Of a stretch of DNA of 64,000 nucleotides, positions 39,930 through 49,325 are shown piece by piece. A model generated the notes under the pieces. The model saw only the letters and a program-made list of their open reading frames with translations, was not told the DNA's origin and did no database searches. Source of the stretch: an uncultured Candidatus Rokubacteria bacterium. GTDB lineage: Bacteria > Methylomirabilota > Methylomirabilia > Rokubacteriales > DASRDR01. A program made the position numbers and the translations under genes. The DNA lies in the NCBI GenBank assembly GCA_963708025.1, contig CAVPSB010000014.1, forward strand, positions 384,001 to 448,000, in the 5' to 3' direction. How positions within the stretch are numbered: the first letter of the stretch is position 1; each line of letters opens with the position of its first letter.

Positions 39930-40880
39930 CTACCGGTGGCGGATGCGCGGGTCGATGATGGCGAGGAACACGTCGGTGACCAGGCTCGAGAGGATGAATC
40001 CGAGGCCGACGAAGAGCGTCGCCCCCTGGATCACCGGGAAGTCGCGCGTCAGCACGCCCCGCACCATCAGCCGGCCCAGCCCGGGCAGCGCGAAGATCTC
40101 CTCGATCACGATGGTGCCGCCGAGCATGTTGGCGAAGTTCAGGCTCACCAGGGCGACGGACGGGATCAGGGCGTTGCGCAGCCCATGCGTGAGGACGACG
40201 ACCTTTTCCCCCAGCCCCTTGGCGCGGGCGGTACGGATGTACTCGGTCCCCAGCACGTCCAGCATGCTGGAGCGCACCATCCGGCTGAGCAGACCCAGGT
40301 AGATCAGCCCGAGCGCGGTGGCGGGCATTACCATGTGGCGCACGAACTCCACGGGGTCCGCGAAGGGGGACACGTAGCCGACCATCGGAAGGATCCGCAG
40401 GGTGACGCCCCCGACGAGCACCAGCGCCGTCGCCGCCACGAAGTCGGGGATCGAGAGGAAGAGGGCCGTGACGCCGATGGTGGCCGTGTCGAGTGGCCGT
40501 CCGGCGTGCACCGCGGCGGCCACCCCGGCCGGCACCGAGATCAGGCAGGAGAAGACCGTGGCCCACAGGGCCAGCGAGAGCGTGACCGGGAGCCGGTCGG
40601 CGATCATCCTGGCGACCGGCTCCCGGCTCTGGATCGACTTGCCGAGATCGCCCTGGACCACCTTGCCGAGCCACCGGGCGTACTGGGTGGGCAACGGCTT
40701 GTCCAGGTCGTACTGCGCCCGGGTGGCGTCGATGAGCTGCTGGGACGCGTAGGGCCCCAGCATGGTCGTGATCGGGTCCCCCGGCGTGAGGTGGACGAGG
40801 GTGAAGACGAGCAGGGACACCAGGACGAGCGCGGGGACCATCTCGACCAGCTTCCGGGCGATGTAGCGGCCGAGGCTCAT
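39930..40880 (-). CDS. peptide ABC permease (DppB-like)
   Basis: PGDP, GDLGKS, YIRTARAKGL, RDFPVIQG. Confidence 0.9.
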   Translation of the reverse strand: MSLGRYIARKLVEMVPALVLVSLLVFTLVHLTPGDPITTMLGPYASQQLIDATRAQYDLDKPLPTQYARWLGKVVQGDLGKSIQSREPVARMIADRLPVTLSLALWATVFSCLISVPAGVAAAVHAGRPLDTATIGVTALFLSIPDFVAATALVLVGGVTLRILPMVGYVSPFADPVEFVRHMVMPATALGLIYLGLLSRMVRSSMLDVLGTEYIRTARAKGLGEKVVVLTHGLRNALIPSVALVSLNFANMLGGTIVIEEIFALPGLGRLMVRGVLTRDFPVIQGATLFVGLGFILSSLVTDVFLAIIDPRIRHR

Positions 40881-40956
40881 GGGCCCACCGGGCGGTCGCC
40901 GACGAGCGAATAGCGAGCCGGAGTCCGCAGGACCGCGTGATCCACCGTCCGGGAGC

Positions 40957-42048
40957 CTAGAACACGATCAGGCCGCGGGCGACCTCGCCGGCCGCCAGGG
41001 CCCGGAAGCCCTCGTTGGCCTCGTCGAGCGAGTAGCGGCGGGTGATCAACTCGTCGATCCGGAGCTTCCCGGCCAGGTAGAGGTCGACCATCCGGGGCAG
41101 GTCTTCCCGCGTCCGCGCGCTCCCGTAGCTCGAGCCGCGGAGGGTTCGCTCGCCCGACACGAGCGGCCGGACGTCGAGGGGCACGGTGGCGCCGGTGGCC
41201 GGTACGCCGATCAGCACGCAGGTGCCGCCGGGCGCCAGGCACTCCGCGGCCTGGGCGACCGCGCGCGTGTCCCCGACGGCGACGAAGGTGTAGTCGGCGC
41301 CGCGCCGGGTGACGGTCTTGACCGCGGCCACCGGGTCCTCGCGGGAGGCGTCCACCCCGTGGGTCGCCCCCAGCCGCCGGGCGTGCTCGAGCTTGGCTGG
41401 GTTGACGTCCACGGCGATGATCGGATGAGCGGCGACCAGCGCGCCGCCCTGGACGACGTTCAAGCCGACGCCCCCGACCCCGAACACGGCCATGCTGGCC
41501 CCGGCCGGGACCGCCGCGGTGTTGATCACGGCGCCCACGCCCGTCATCACCGAGCAGCCGATGAGGGCCGCCTTGTCGAGCGGCATCTCCCGGCGGATCG
41601 GGATGGCGCACGACTCGTGGACGACGGCCCGGGAGGCATACGTGCCCACGTGGCCGTACTGGTAGACGGGCCGGCCACGGAGCGAGAGGCGGGTGGTGCC
41701 GTCGAGAAGGACGCCGCGGCCGGGGAGCCGGCGCTCGCAGAGGTTCGGCCGTCCGATGACGCAGTAGTGGCAACGGCCGCAGGTCGGGCTCCAGGACAGG
41801 ATGACGGGATCGCCCGGCGCGAGGTCACGCACGCCCGGCCCGATCTCCTCCACGACCCCGGACCCCTCATCGCCGAGCACGATGGGCAGCGGGATCCCGG
41901 TCCAGCTCCCGTCCGCCGCGTGGAGGCAGCTGTGGCAGACGCCGCTGGCGACCATCCGCACCCGGACCTCGCCGTCGCGGGGCGGCGCCAGGTCGAGGTC
42001 CTCCACCGTGAGCGGCTTGCCCTGCTCGAAGAGAACCGACGCGCGCAT
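40957..42048 (-). CDS. Zn-dependent alcohol dehydrogenase (class III-like)
   Basis: GVCHS, LGDEGSG, CGRCHYC..C, LIGCSVMTGVGA, GVGGVG. Confidence 0.9.
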   Translation of the reverse strand: MRASVLFEQGKPLTVEDLDLAPPRDGEVRVRMVASGVCHSCLHAADGSWTGIPLPIVLGDEGSGVVEEIGPGVRDLAPGDPVILSWSPTCGRCHYCVIGRPNLCERRLPGRGVLLDGTTRLSLRGRPVYQYGHVGTYASRAVVHESCAIPIRREMPLDKAALIGCSVMTGVGAVINTAAVPAGASMAVFGVGGVGLNVVQGGALVAAHPIIAVDVNPAKLEHARRLGATHGVDASREDPVAAVKTVTRRGADYTFVAVGDTRAVAQAAECLAPGGTCVLIGVPATGATVPLDVRPLVSGERTLRGSSYGSARTREDLPRMVDLYLAGKLRIDELITRRYSLDEANEGFRALAAGEVARGLIVF

Positions 42049-42124
42049 GGATCCTCCTGTGCGATGACCGGACCGTATCTTACCCCACTGGCCAGCGAGT
42101 CGGGCCGTCGGCTATAGTGCGCGC

Positions 42125-42928
42125 GTGCTCACGCGTCCGTTCGGCTCGACCGGCGTCCATGTTCCCGTCATCGGCCAGGGTACCTGGCGGATGGGGGAGG
42201 ACCGCGCTGCCGAGAAGGACGAGCTGGCCGCGCTCCGCCTGGGCCTGGACCTCGGGCTGACCCACATCGATACCGCCGAGATGTATGGCGACGGCGGCGC
42301 CGAGAAGCTGGTGGGCAAGGCGGTGGCCGGCCGGCGCGACCGGGTCTTCATCGCGACGAAGGTGCTGCCGTCCAATGCCTCCCGGGCCGGGACGATCCGG
42401 GCGTGCGAGGCCTCGCTGCGCCGGCTCCGGACCGACTACGTCGACCTGTACCTCCTCCACTGGTGGAGCGGCGCCCATCCGATCGGCGAGACGATGTGGG
42501 CGATGGAGGAGCTGGTCGGGCGCGGCCTCGTCCGGTTCGTCGGCGTCAGCAACCTCGACGTCGCGCAGCTCAGGGCGGCCCAGGCCGCGCTCACGCGGGC
42601 GCGGCTCGCCTGCAACCAGGTCATCTACCACCTGCGCGACCGGGCGATCGAGTCGGAGCTGCTGCCCTACTGCGAGGCGGAGGAGATCGCGGTCGTCGGC
42701 TACACGCCGCTCGCCCGGGGCGGCTTCATGCGCGGCGTCGTCGCCGACCTCGCGAAGGCGCACGGCCGGACGCCGCGACAGGTGACGCTGAACTTCCTGA
42801 CCCGCCGCGCGGCGCTCTTCACCATTCCCAAGGCGAGCCGGCCGGACCACGTCCGGGAGAACGCCGGGGCGCTCGACTTCACGCTGCGCCCCGACGAGCT
42901 GGCGTCCATCGACGCCGCCTTCAAGTGA
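42125..42928 (+). CDS. aldo/keto reductase
   Basis: IGQGTW, IDTAEMYG, DLYLLHW, GVSN, IPKA. Confidence 0.92.
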   Translation: MLTRPFGSTGVHVPVIGQGTWRMGEDRAAEKDELAALRLGLDLGLTHIDTAEMYGDGGAEKLVGKAVAGRRDRVFIATKVLPSNASRAGTIRACEASLRRLRTDYVDLYLLHWWSGAHPIGETMWAMEELVGRGLVRFVGVSNLDVAQLRAAQAALTRARLACNQVIYHLRDRAIESELLPYCEAEEIAVVGYTPLARGGFMRGVVADLAKAHGRTPRQVTLNFLTRRAALFTIPKASRPDHVRENAGALDFTLRPDELASIDAAFK

Positions 42929-44176
42929 CGCCGGCGCGCGACCTCGACGCCCGGGACGAGCTGGCGCGCTTCCGCGCCGAGTTCGTCGTGGACGATCCCG
43001 ATCTCATCTACCTGGACGGGAACTCGCTGGGCCGGCTGCCCCGCCGGAGCGCCGCCCGCCTGCGGGAGGTGGTGGAGGCGGAGTGGGGGGGCCGGCTGAT
43101 CCGGGGCTGGGGCGAGGGCTGGATGGAGCGCGCCGCGCCGGGTCGGGGCGAAGCTCGCCGGCCTGCTGGGGGCGGGGCCCGACGACCTGCTGGTCGCCGA
43201 CTCCACCTCGGTCAACCTCTTCAAGCTCGTCGTGGCCGCGCTCCGGGCCCGTCCGGAGCGCCACGCGATCGTCACCGACGACCTGAACTTTCCCTCCGAC
43301 CTCTACGTCCTGCAGGGGGCGCTCGACCTCCTGGGAGGCGGGCGGCGGCTCGCGGTGGTGCGCTCGGCGGACGGCCTGACGGTGCCGGCCGAGGCGCTGG
43401 CGGCGGCCATCGACGGCGACACCGCGCTGGTCGCCCTCAGCCACGCGGCCTTCAAGTCGAGCTTCGTCTACGACCTCCCGGCGGTGACGGCGCTGGCCCA
43501 CCGGGCCGGGGCGTGGATGCTGTGGGATCTCAGTCACTCGGTGGGCGCGCTGCCGGTCGGGCTCGGGGCGGCCGGCGTGGACCTCGCGGTGGGCTGCACC
43601 TACAAGTACGTGAACGGCGGCCCCGGGGCCCCGGCCTTCCTCTACGTGCGGCCGGAGCTGCAGGAGCGGCTGGTGAGCCCGATCTGGGGCTGGCTCGGTC
43701 ACGGCGCGCCGTTCGACTTCGAGCCGGCCTACGTGCCGGCGCCGGGGATCAAGCGATTCCTGGCCGGCACCCCGCCCGTCCTGTCGCTGGCCGCCATCGA
43801 GCCCGCCCTCGACCTCTTGCTGGAGGCCGGGATCGACCGGATTCGCGCCAAGTCGATGCGGCAGACGGAGTACCTGATCGCGCTCTGGGAGGCCGAGCTG
43901 GCGCCGCTCGGGTTCCGGCTCAACACTCCTCGCGACCCCGCCCGCCGGGGCTCCCACGTCTCGCTGGGGCATCCGGAAGGGCTCCGGATCAACCGGGCGC
44001 TGATCGACGAGATGCGCGTCATCGGCGACTTCCGGTATCCGGACAACATCCGCTTCGGCGTCGTGCCGCTCTACACGACGTTCGCGGAGATTCACGAAGC
44101 GGTGGCACGGCTCCGCCGCGTGGTCACCGACCGCATGTACGAGAAGTACCCGACCGACCGCCCCGCCATCACCTAG
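42925..44176 (+). CDS. kynU: kynureninase, frameshift near 43129
   Basis: IYLDGNSLG, DSTSVNLFK, NFPSDLY, WDLSHSVG, GCTYKYVNGGPG, RGSHVS, GDFR. Confidence 0.9.
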
Positions 44177-44186
44177 GGGGCGGGGC

Positions 44187-44390
44187 CGATGAGCGTCGCC
44201 ACGTCGATCTCGGTCGTGACGCGCTCGGCCTACGGCCTCGCGTCCGTCTCGACCTATGGTCGTCCTCGGTCGTCGCCGATCCTCGGCGTACTCGGAGTAC
44301 GCCTGCGGTCGGCGACTCCCTGCGTCCATTGGACGGCCTTCGGCCTGTGGGCGGTGCTCGCTCCTCGGCCCCGCCCCCGGGAAATTGATT
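44187..44390. repeat. family C ~200-bp palindromic repeat, copy 1
   Basis: Near reverse complement of 59280..59485; central hairpin GTCGCCGA..GGCGTACTCGGAGTACGCC..TCGGCGAC (44272-44316). Confidence 0.85.
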
Positions 44391-44637
44391 CCTCTGCCAT
44401 GAGCTTGGGGATTCAAGGATACTAGCGATTCGGTCTCCGAAGACCTCACGGGTTCGCCCCCGCTGGACGCCTCTGAGAACTGCCGCGCCGACTCAGTGAG
44501 GGCAGTGGTGCCGGGTTGGCGAGGACCCGGCTGGTCGGGGTCGGGGCTCGGCGGCGGAGGCATTTCTTGGTGGCGGGGCGCCCCGGGTGGTAGCGTCAAC
44601 GTCGATTCGGGGCGGGTCCTGGAGGTCGGGAGACCTG

Positions 44638-45576
44638 ATGACACTTCGCCGGCAGGCGCTGCTCTCCGTCGGGGCGACGTTCCTCGCGTTGTTCCTCGGC
44701 CTCTATCTGGTCGCCCGGGGCCTGCTGGCAGTGGAGTTCCTCATGGTGGCGCTGCCGGTGATCGCGATCGGGCTCGGCCTCCTGGTCGTCCGGCTCGTGG
44801 GGCGAGTGGAGGCGGAGCGCGGGCGGGCGGAAGCGGCGCGACCGGATCTGGAGGCCCGCCCCCGGAACATCGGGACGCCGGAAGCGGGCGGGCGGCTCGC
44901 CGAAAACGTCGCGCGGGAACTCAACAACGTGCTTTTCGTCATCACCGGTCGCCTCGCGCTGCTGTCCCGGACCATCGGCCCCGCCAGCCCGCTGACGTTT
45001 CAGATCGGGCTGATCCGGAAGGCGGCGGAGCGCGCGGTCAGCCTGACGCCCGAGCTCCTGACCTCCGAGCGTGAGCAGACGCTCGACGGCAAGGAGCTCG
45101 ATCTGAACGCGCTGGTGACGTCGATGCGCGAGCGGCTCGGACAGCTCCTCGGCCCGCGGATCGCCGTGCGGCTGGTCCTGGATCCGGGCCTCGGCCGTAT
45201 CGGGGCCGATCCGCTCCAGCTCGAGCAGGTGCTGCTGAACGCGGCGACCAACGCGGGGGACGCCATGCCGCAGGGCGGGAGTCTGACGGTCGAGACGAGG
45301 AACGTGGACCTGGACGACGGATTCGTCGCCGGTCACCTCGGCGCGCACGCCGGGCCACACGTGATGCTGAGCATCACCGACACCGGCGTGGGAATGGACG
45401 CCGCGACTTGCGCCCGGGCCTTCGAGCCGTTCTTCACCACGCGGGGGCTCGGCCGGGGAGCCGGGCTGGGGCTGGCCGCCGTCTACAGCATCGTCAAGCA
45501 CTTTCAGGGCTACACCGCGCTCGAGAGCGCCCCGGGGCGGGGGACCACGCTCGCCATCTACCTGCCGCGCCTTTGA
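44638..45576 (+). CDS. membrane histidine-kinase-like protein lacking the phosphoacceptor His
   Basis: Two TM segments, H-box reads LAENVARELNN; intact N/G1/F/G2 boxes (NAGDAM, DTGVGM, FEPFFTT, GAGLGL). Confidence 0.8.
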   Translation: MTLRRQALLSVGATFLALFLGLYLVARGLLAVEFLMVALPVIAIGLGLLVVRLVGRVEAERGRAEAARPDLEARPRNIGTPEAGGRLAENVARELNNVLFVITGRLALLSRTIGPASPLTFQIGLIRKAAERAVSLTPELLTSEREQTLDGKELDLNALVTSMRERLGQLLGPRIAVRLVLDPGLGRIGADPLQLEQVLLNAATNAGDAMPQGGSLTVETRNVDLDDGFVAGHLGAHAGPHVMLSITDTGVGMDAATCARAFEPFFTTRGLGRGAGLGLAAVYSIVKHFQGYTALESAPGRGTTLAIYLPRL

Positions 45577-45579
45577 GAT

Positions 45580-45655
45580 GCCCGGGAGGGGCCGTTCGAC
45601 GCCCCCCTCCCGGACCTCCCCCCGGAGCGGAGGGCCGCGGCGCGGCGCGGAGCTC
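45580..45655. repeat. divergent family B-like palindromic repeat between convergent genes
   Basis: CCGGGAGGGG..CCCCTCCCGG hairpin, then a C-run, then GGCCGCGGCG, the same layout as family B. Confidence 0.5.
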
Positions 45656-45859
45656 TTCGACCGCGAGACCGGGAACCGACGCGCTGCGCATCCTCGCCTT
45701 CCGGCGCTCCGCGTCCGCTCGCGCAGCCGCACGACCCCCTGGTCGCGACCGTGCGCAGACCGACCAACATGCACATTCGATCCGGTTTGGACCCTGCCCA
45801 CCCGCCACTGGTGCGGCTCGGTGGGGTCATTTCCGCACCGGAGAGTCGCTAGGAGGGTC

Positions 45860-47221
45860 TCAGAAGCTCCATTCCACGCCGATCGTCGGCTGGATGTCGT
45901 CGCGCAAGCCCGTATCGTTGAGCGGGACGAGGAAGTTCAGGAACACGATCAACGTGCCAAACGGGTTTGCCTTCAGCCCGAACGACCCCGTGAGGGTGTC
46001 CGGGTCGGCCTTTTCCCCGCTGAGCGGCAGCCGTAGGCGATCCTGGGAGAACGCGTGGCGGCCCAGGAGATCGGCCACGAGGGTGACTCGCCCGAAAAGC
46101 GTGTAGTCGACACCGACCGCGTAGACGAGGTCGTTCGTCACTCCCTCGGTGGTACCCAGCTCGACACCCACGTTGACGTGAGGCGAGAAGCCGAACCAGG
46201 AGCCCGAGGCGACGAGCTGAGGCTTGACACGCACGATCCCGAGCCCGAGCGGCGGATCGTTCACCTCGTATCGTACATCGGTGACGGTCACATTGCTCCC
46301 CGCGAGACGGGTCTGATGGTTTTGCTTGGAGCCTTCGTCCCCGGTGGGCAGCTTCACATCTAGAATCGCGGCCATTCCGAACCGTCCCCCGGCGAGATCC
46401 GGCACCCGCCAGAAATTGTACTTGCCGCGAAGGCTGATGTCGCCGATGCCGGTGGACTCTGCCGAGCTCACGCCTAGGTCCTGGGTGTTCGTATCCACGA
46501 AATCGCAATTTGCCGCGTTGATCACCTGAGTACCGGGCCGGCAGAGCACCCGCCCGCGACGGGTGACGCGCTCCTTCACACTGACACTCAAGATCGGAAC
46601 GGTGATGCCGACATCGATGGTATCAGTCACCCCGTACAGGAAGGTAAGGACGCCCACGTCTGCGTCGATTTCGTCACGAACCGAAAAGATATCGAGGAAT
46701 GGGGTTGCGACGGGGGTCTGACTGAAGCGCGACGAAATCACGTTGCAACCGGCGAACGCTACGGCCGTCAGGTCGCCGTTGCGCGCGTCGACGCCGTCCA
46801 CGCTGTCGAACGTCAGCCGGCTGTAGCTGGCCGTGAACGTGAACTTGCCTCGTCCGGTCGTCTCCGCCCGGTCCGAGAAGATCGGGCCCAAGCTCTCCGT
46901 GGTCCGGTCGAATACACCAAGGCTGGGATCCAATTGGTAGGTGAAGGCGCCCCCGCTGGGGGCGGGAAGGAAACTAAGGGTGTTCGCGATGGACGAACTG
47001 ATCGCCGACTGCATCGCATCCTGGACCTGCGTGAGGTTCGCGGCCAGGAGGTTGATGTTGTTCGCGTATGATGGAAATATGTTCTCCAGACCGAAGCAAG
47101 CCCGGGTGCCGGGAGCCTGCGCGATGGCCGGCGGGGCAATCGAAAGGAGGATGGCGAGGGTGACTGTGAGACTCCCCCAGGTGTGCCAGGAGTTGCGGAG
47201 CCATCGACCCATGGGATACAT
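45860..47221 (-). CDS. exported, probable outer-membrane beta-barrel protein (phenol MetA-pathway/transporter-like)
   Basis: Signal peptide, GIGDISLRGKY, DVKLPTGD, alternating beta strands, C-terminal VEWSF. Confidence 0.7.
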   Translation of the reverse strand: MYPMGRWLRNSWHTWGSLTVTLAILLSIAPPAIAQAPGTRACFGLENIFPSYANNINLLAANLTQVQDAMQSAISSSIANTLSFLPAPSGGAFTYQLDPSLGVFDRTTESLGPIFSDRAETTGRGKFTFTASYSRLTFDSVDGVDARNGDLTAVAFAGCNVISSRFSQTPVATPFLDIFSVRDEIDADVGVLTFLYGVTDTIDVGITVPILSVSVKERVTRRGRVLCRPGTQVINAANCDFVDTNTQDLGVSSAESTGIGDISLRGKYNFWRVPDLAGGRFGMAAILDVKLPTGDEGSKQNHQTRLAGSNVTVTDVRYEVNDPPLGLGIVRVKPQLVASGSWFGFSPHVNVGVELGTTEGVTNDLVYAVGVDYTLFGRVTLVADLLGRHAFSQDRLRLPLSGEKADPDTLTGSFGLKANPFGTLIVFLNFLVPLNDTGLRDDIQPTIGVEWSF

Positions 47222-47586
47222 TCTTCCCTCCTGTCTCGGGTCGTTCACCGACCCAACGGGCTCCCTCTCCACGCTCGGCAGCGAACCGGGCAGGCCGAGA
47301 TCGTTCCACCATGTCAAACCTGCCGATGTCCTGTCAAGAGATGTGTAGGTGATTCCGGCTACCCTGGTTGACGCCCCGGCCGACCCACGGCACCATGAGA
47401 GCCGCTCCGAGCGGGCCGTCGTCATCGTGACGACGAGGACGATGCCGACGCCCGGTGGAATCGGGTGGTGGCCCTGTTGCTGGAGGCTGGGAGCGACTCG
47501 ACGAGATCGTCGTGGCCGGCCCCGCGGTGGTCATTCTCGGGGCGCTGCCGAACCCGCAGCAAACCGCCTACGGAGAGGAGCAGACT

Positions 47587-47772
47587 GTGCCGAACATCAC
47601 GATCCAGTGGTATGCCGGCCGGACCGACCAGCAGCGTCGGGAGATCGTCAAGGCGATCACCGAGGCGATGGTGACGATCGGGAAGACCACGCCCGACCAG
47701 GTTCACGTCGTCTTCCAGGACGTGGAGAAGGCGTACTGGGGCGTTAACGGGAAGCTGGCGAGCGACCCGTGA
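47587..47772 (+). CDS. 4-oxalocrotonate tautomerase family protein
   Basis: Pro after the start, GRTDQQRREIV..WGVNGK; GAGGAG SD. Confidence 0.88.
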   Translation: MPNITIQWYAGRTDQQRREIVKAITEAMVTIGKTTPDQVHVVFQDVEKAYWGVNGKLASDP

Positions 47773-47800
47773 GAGCGTCCCGGCCCGGGGCCCGCGAGCC

Positions 47801-48823
47801 GTGACCGGCTCCCGCAACCGCCAGGTCGTCCTCGCCGCGCGTCCGGTCGGCCTCCCGAAGCCGAGCGACTTCCGGCTCGTCGAGACCCCGGTCCCGGAGC
47901 CGGGGCCCGGCGAGATGCTGGTCCGCGCGCTCTACCTCTCGCTCGACCCGTACATGCGCGGCCGCATGTCCGACGCCCGCTCGTACGCCCGGCCGGTGGC
48001 GATCGGTGAGGTCATGGTCGGCGCGGCGGTCGGCGAGGTCGTCCGCTCGAGCCATCCCGACTTCACGGAGGGCGACGTCGTCGAGGAGCGGCTCGGGTGG
48101 CAGGAGTACGGGCTGTCGCGGGGCCGGGAGGCGCGGAAGATCGATCCGTCGCTGGGGCCCATCTCCACGGCCCTCGGCGTCCTGGGCATGCCGGGCCTGA
48201 CCGCCTACTTCGGGCTGCTCGAGGTGGGTCAGCCCCGGCCGGGCGAGACGGTCGTCGTCTCCGCCGCCAGTGGTGCCGTCGGGGCGGTCGTCGGCCAGAT
48301 CGCGAAGATCGCCGGCTGCCGGGTGGTGGGGCTGGCCGGCTCGAAGGCGAAGGTGGACTACCTGGTGAGCGAGCTTCGCTTCGACGCCGGCGTCGACTAC
48401 AAGACCGCCGATCTCGACGCCGCGCTGGCCGACGCCTGTCCCGGGGGCGTCAACGTCTACTTCGACAACGTCGGCGGCCGCATCACCGAGGCGGTCTCCC
48501 GCCACGTCAACCCCTTCGCCCGGATCGCGGTCTGCGGCCTGGTCTCCCAGTACAACCTGGAGAAGCCGGAGCTGGCGCCGCGGAACGAACGCTTCGTCCT
48601 GGTGAACCGGGTCCGCGTCCAGGGCTTCATCGTGTCCGACTTCTACGCCCGCCGGGACGAGGCGCTCCGTCACCTGGCCGAGTGGGTGCGCCAGGGGCGG
48701 CTCCTGTACCGCGAGGACGTCGTGGACGGGCTGGAGAACGCGACCGCCGCCTTCATCGGGATGCTGCAGGGGAAGAACTTCGGCAAGCAGCTCGTCCGGC
48801 TGGCCGCGCCGCGCAACCCCTGA
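47801..48823 (+). CDS. NADP-dependent oxidoreductase (CurA/prostaglandin reductase-like)
   Basis: LSLDPYMRGRM, LGMPGLTAYFGL, ASGAVG, YFDNVGG, GKNFGK. Confidence 0.92.
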   Translation: MTGSRNRQVVLAARPVGLPKPSDFRLVETPVPEPGPGEMLVRALYLSLDPYMRGRMSDARSYARPVAIGEVMVGAAVGEVVRSSHPDFTEGDVVEERLGWQEYGLSRGREARKIDPSLGPISTALGVLGMPGLTAYFGLLEVGQPRPGETVVVSAASGAVGAVVGQIAKIAGCRVVGLAGSKAKVDYLVSELRFDAGVDYKTADLDAALADACPGGVNVYFDNVGGRITEAVSRHVNPFARIAVCGLVSQYNLEKPELAPRNERFVLVNRVRVQGFIVSDFYARRDEALRHLAEWVRQGRLLYREDVVDGLENATAAFIGMLQGKNFGKQLVRLAAPRNP

Positions 48824-48836
48824 CAGCGCGGGAGAG

Positions 48837-48932
48837 AATCGGATCTTCCGGCCCCCCCTCCCCCCGGCCACAGGCCGAAGGCCGTCCAACAGTGGGGGAG
48901 GGGGGCTGGGGGGGTAGGCGGGAGGTCCCGAA
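48837..48932. repeat. family A repeat, copy 3 (inverted, with GGCCGAAGGCC module)
   Basis: AATCGGATCTTCCGGCCCCCCCTCCCCCC..GGGGGTAGGCGGGAGGTCCCGAA. Confidence 0.8.
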
Positions 48933-48947
48933 AAAAGGAGACAGTCC

Positions 48948-49304
48948 ATGGAGCCGCCGACGATCACCACGCCCTCCGGCCTCCGCTACGCGGACCTCGT
49001 CGAGGGCACCGGCGCCAGCCCGGCCGCGGGCGACCGGGTCGAGGTGCACTACACCGGCTGGCTCGAGAACGGGACCAAGTTCGACAGCTCGCTGGACCGG
49101 AAGGAGCCCTTCGTGTTTCCGCTCGGCTTGAGCCGCGTGATCAAGGGCTGGGACGAGGGAGTGGAGAGCATGAAGGTCGGCGGCAAGCGCCGGCTGGTCA
49201 TCCCGGCGCACCTGGGGTACGGCGACCGCGGGGCCGGACGGGTGATCCCACCGGGGGCGACGCTCGTCTTCGAGGTGGAGCTCCTCCGGATCAATCCGGG
49301 CTGA
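48948..49304 (+). CDS. FKBP-type peptidyl-prolyl isomerase
   Basis: [36 protein letters not shown]. Confidence 0.95.
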   Translation: MEPPTITTPSGLRYADLVEGTGASPAAGDRVEVHYTGWLENGTKFDSSLDRKEPFVFPLGLSRVIKGWDEGVESMKVGGKRRLVIPAHLGYGDRGAGRVIPPGATLVFEVELLRINPG

Positions 49305-49325
49305 GCTCGGGGGGCCGGGGGCCGG

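Noticed and set aside
44189-44425. Conserved 70-78 aa ORF (MSVATS..) also at 59272..59484
   Set aside because: Similarity is explained by the DNA repeat; atypical codon usage, and the third copy does not keep the frame.
44390-44637. Riboswitch upstream of the kinase-like gene (also 47222..47586)
   Set aside because: No consensus of a riboswitch class that I can recognise; an Rfam search would be needed.
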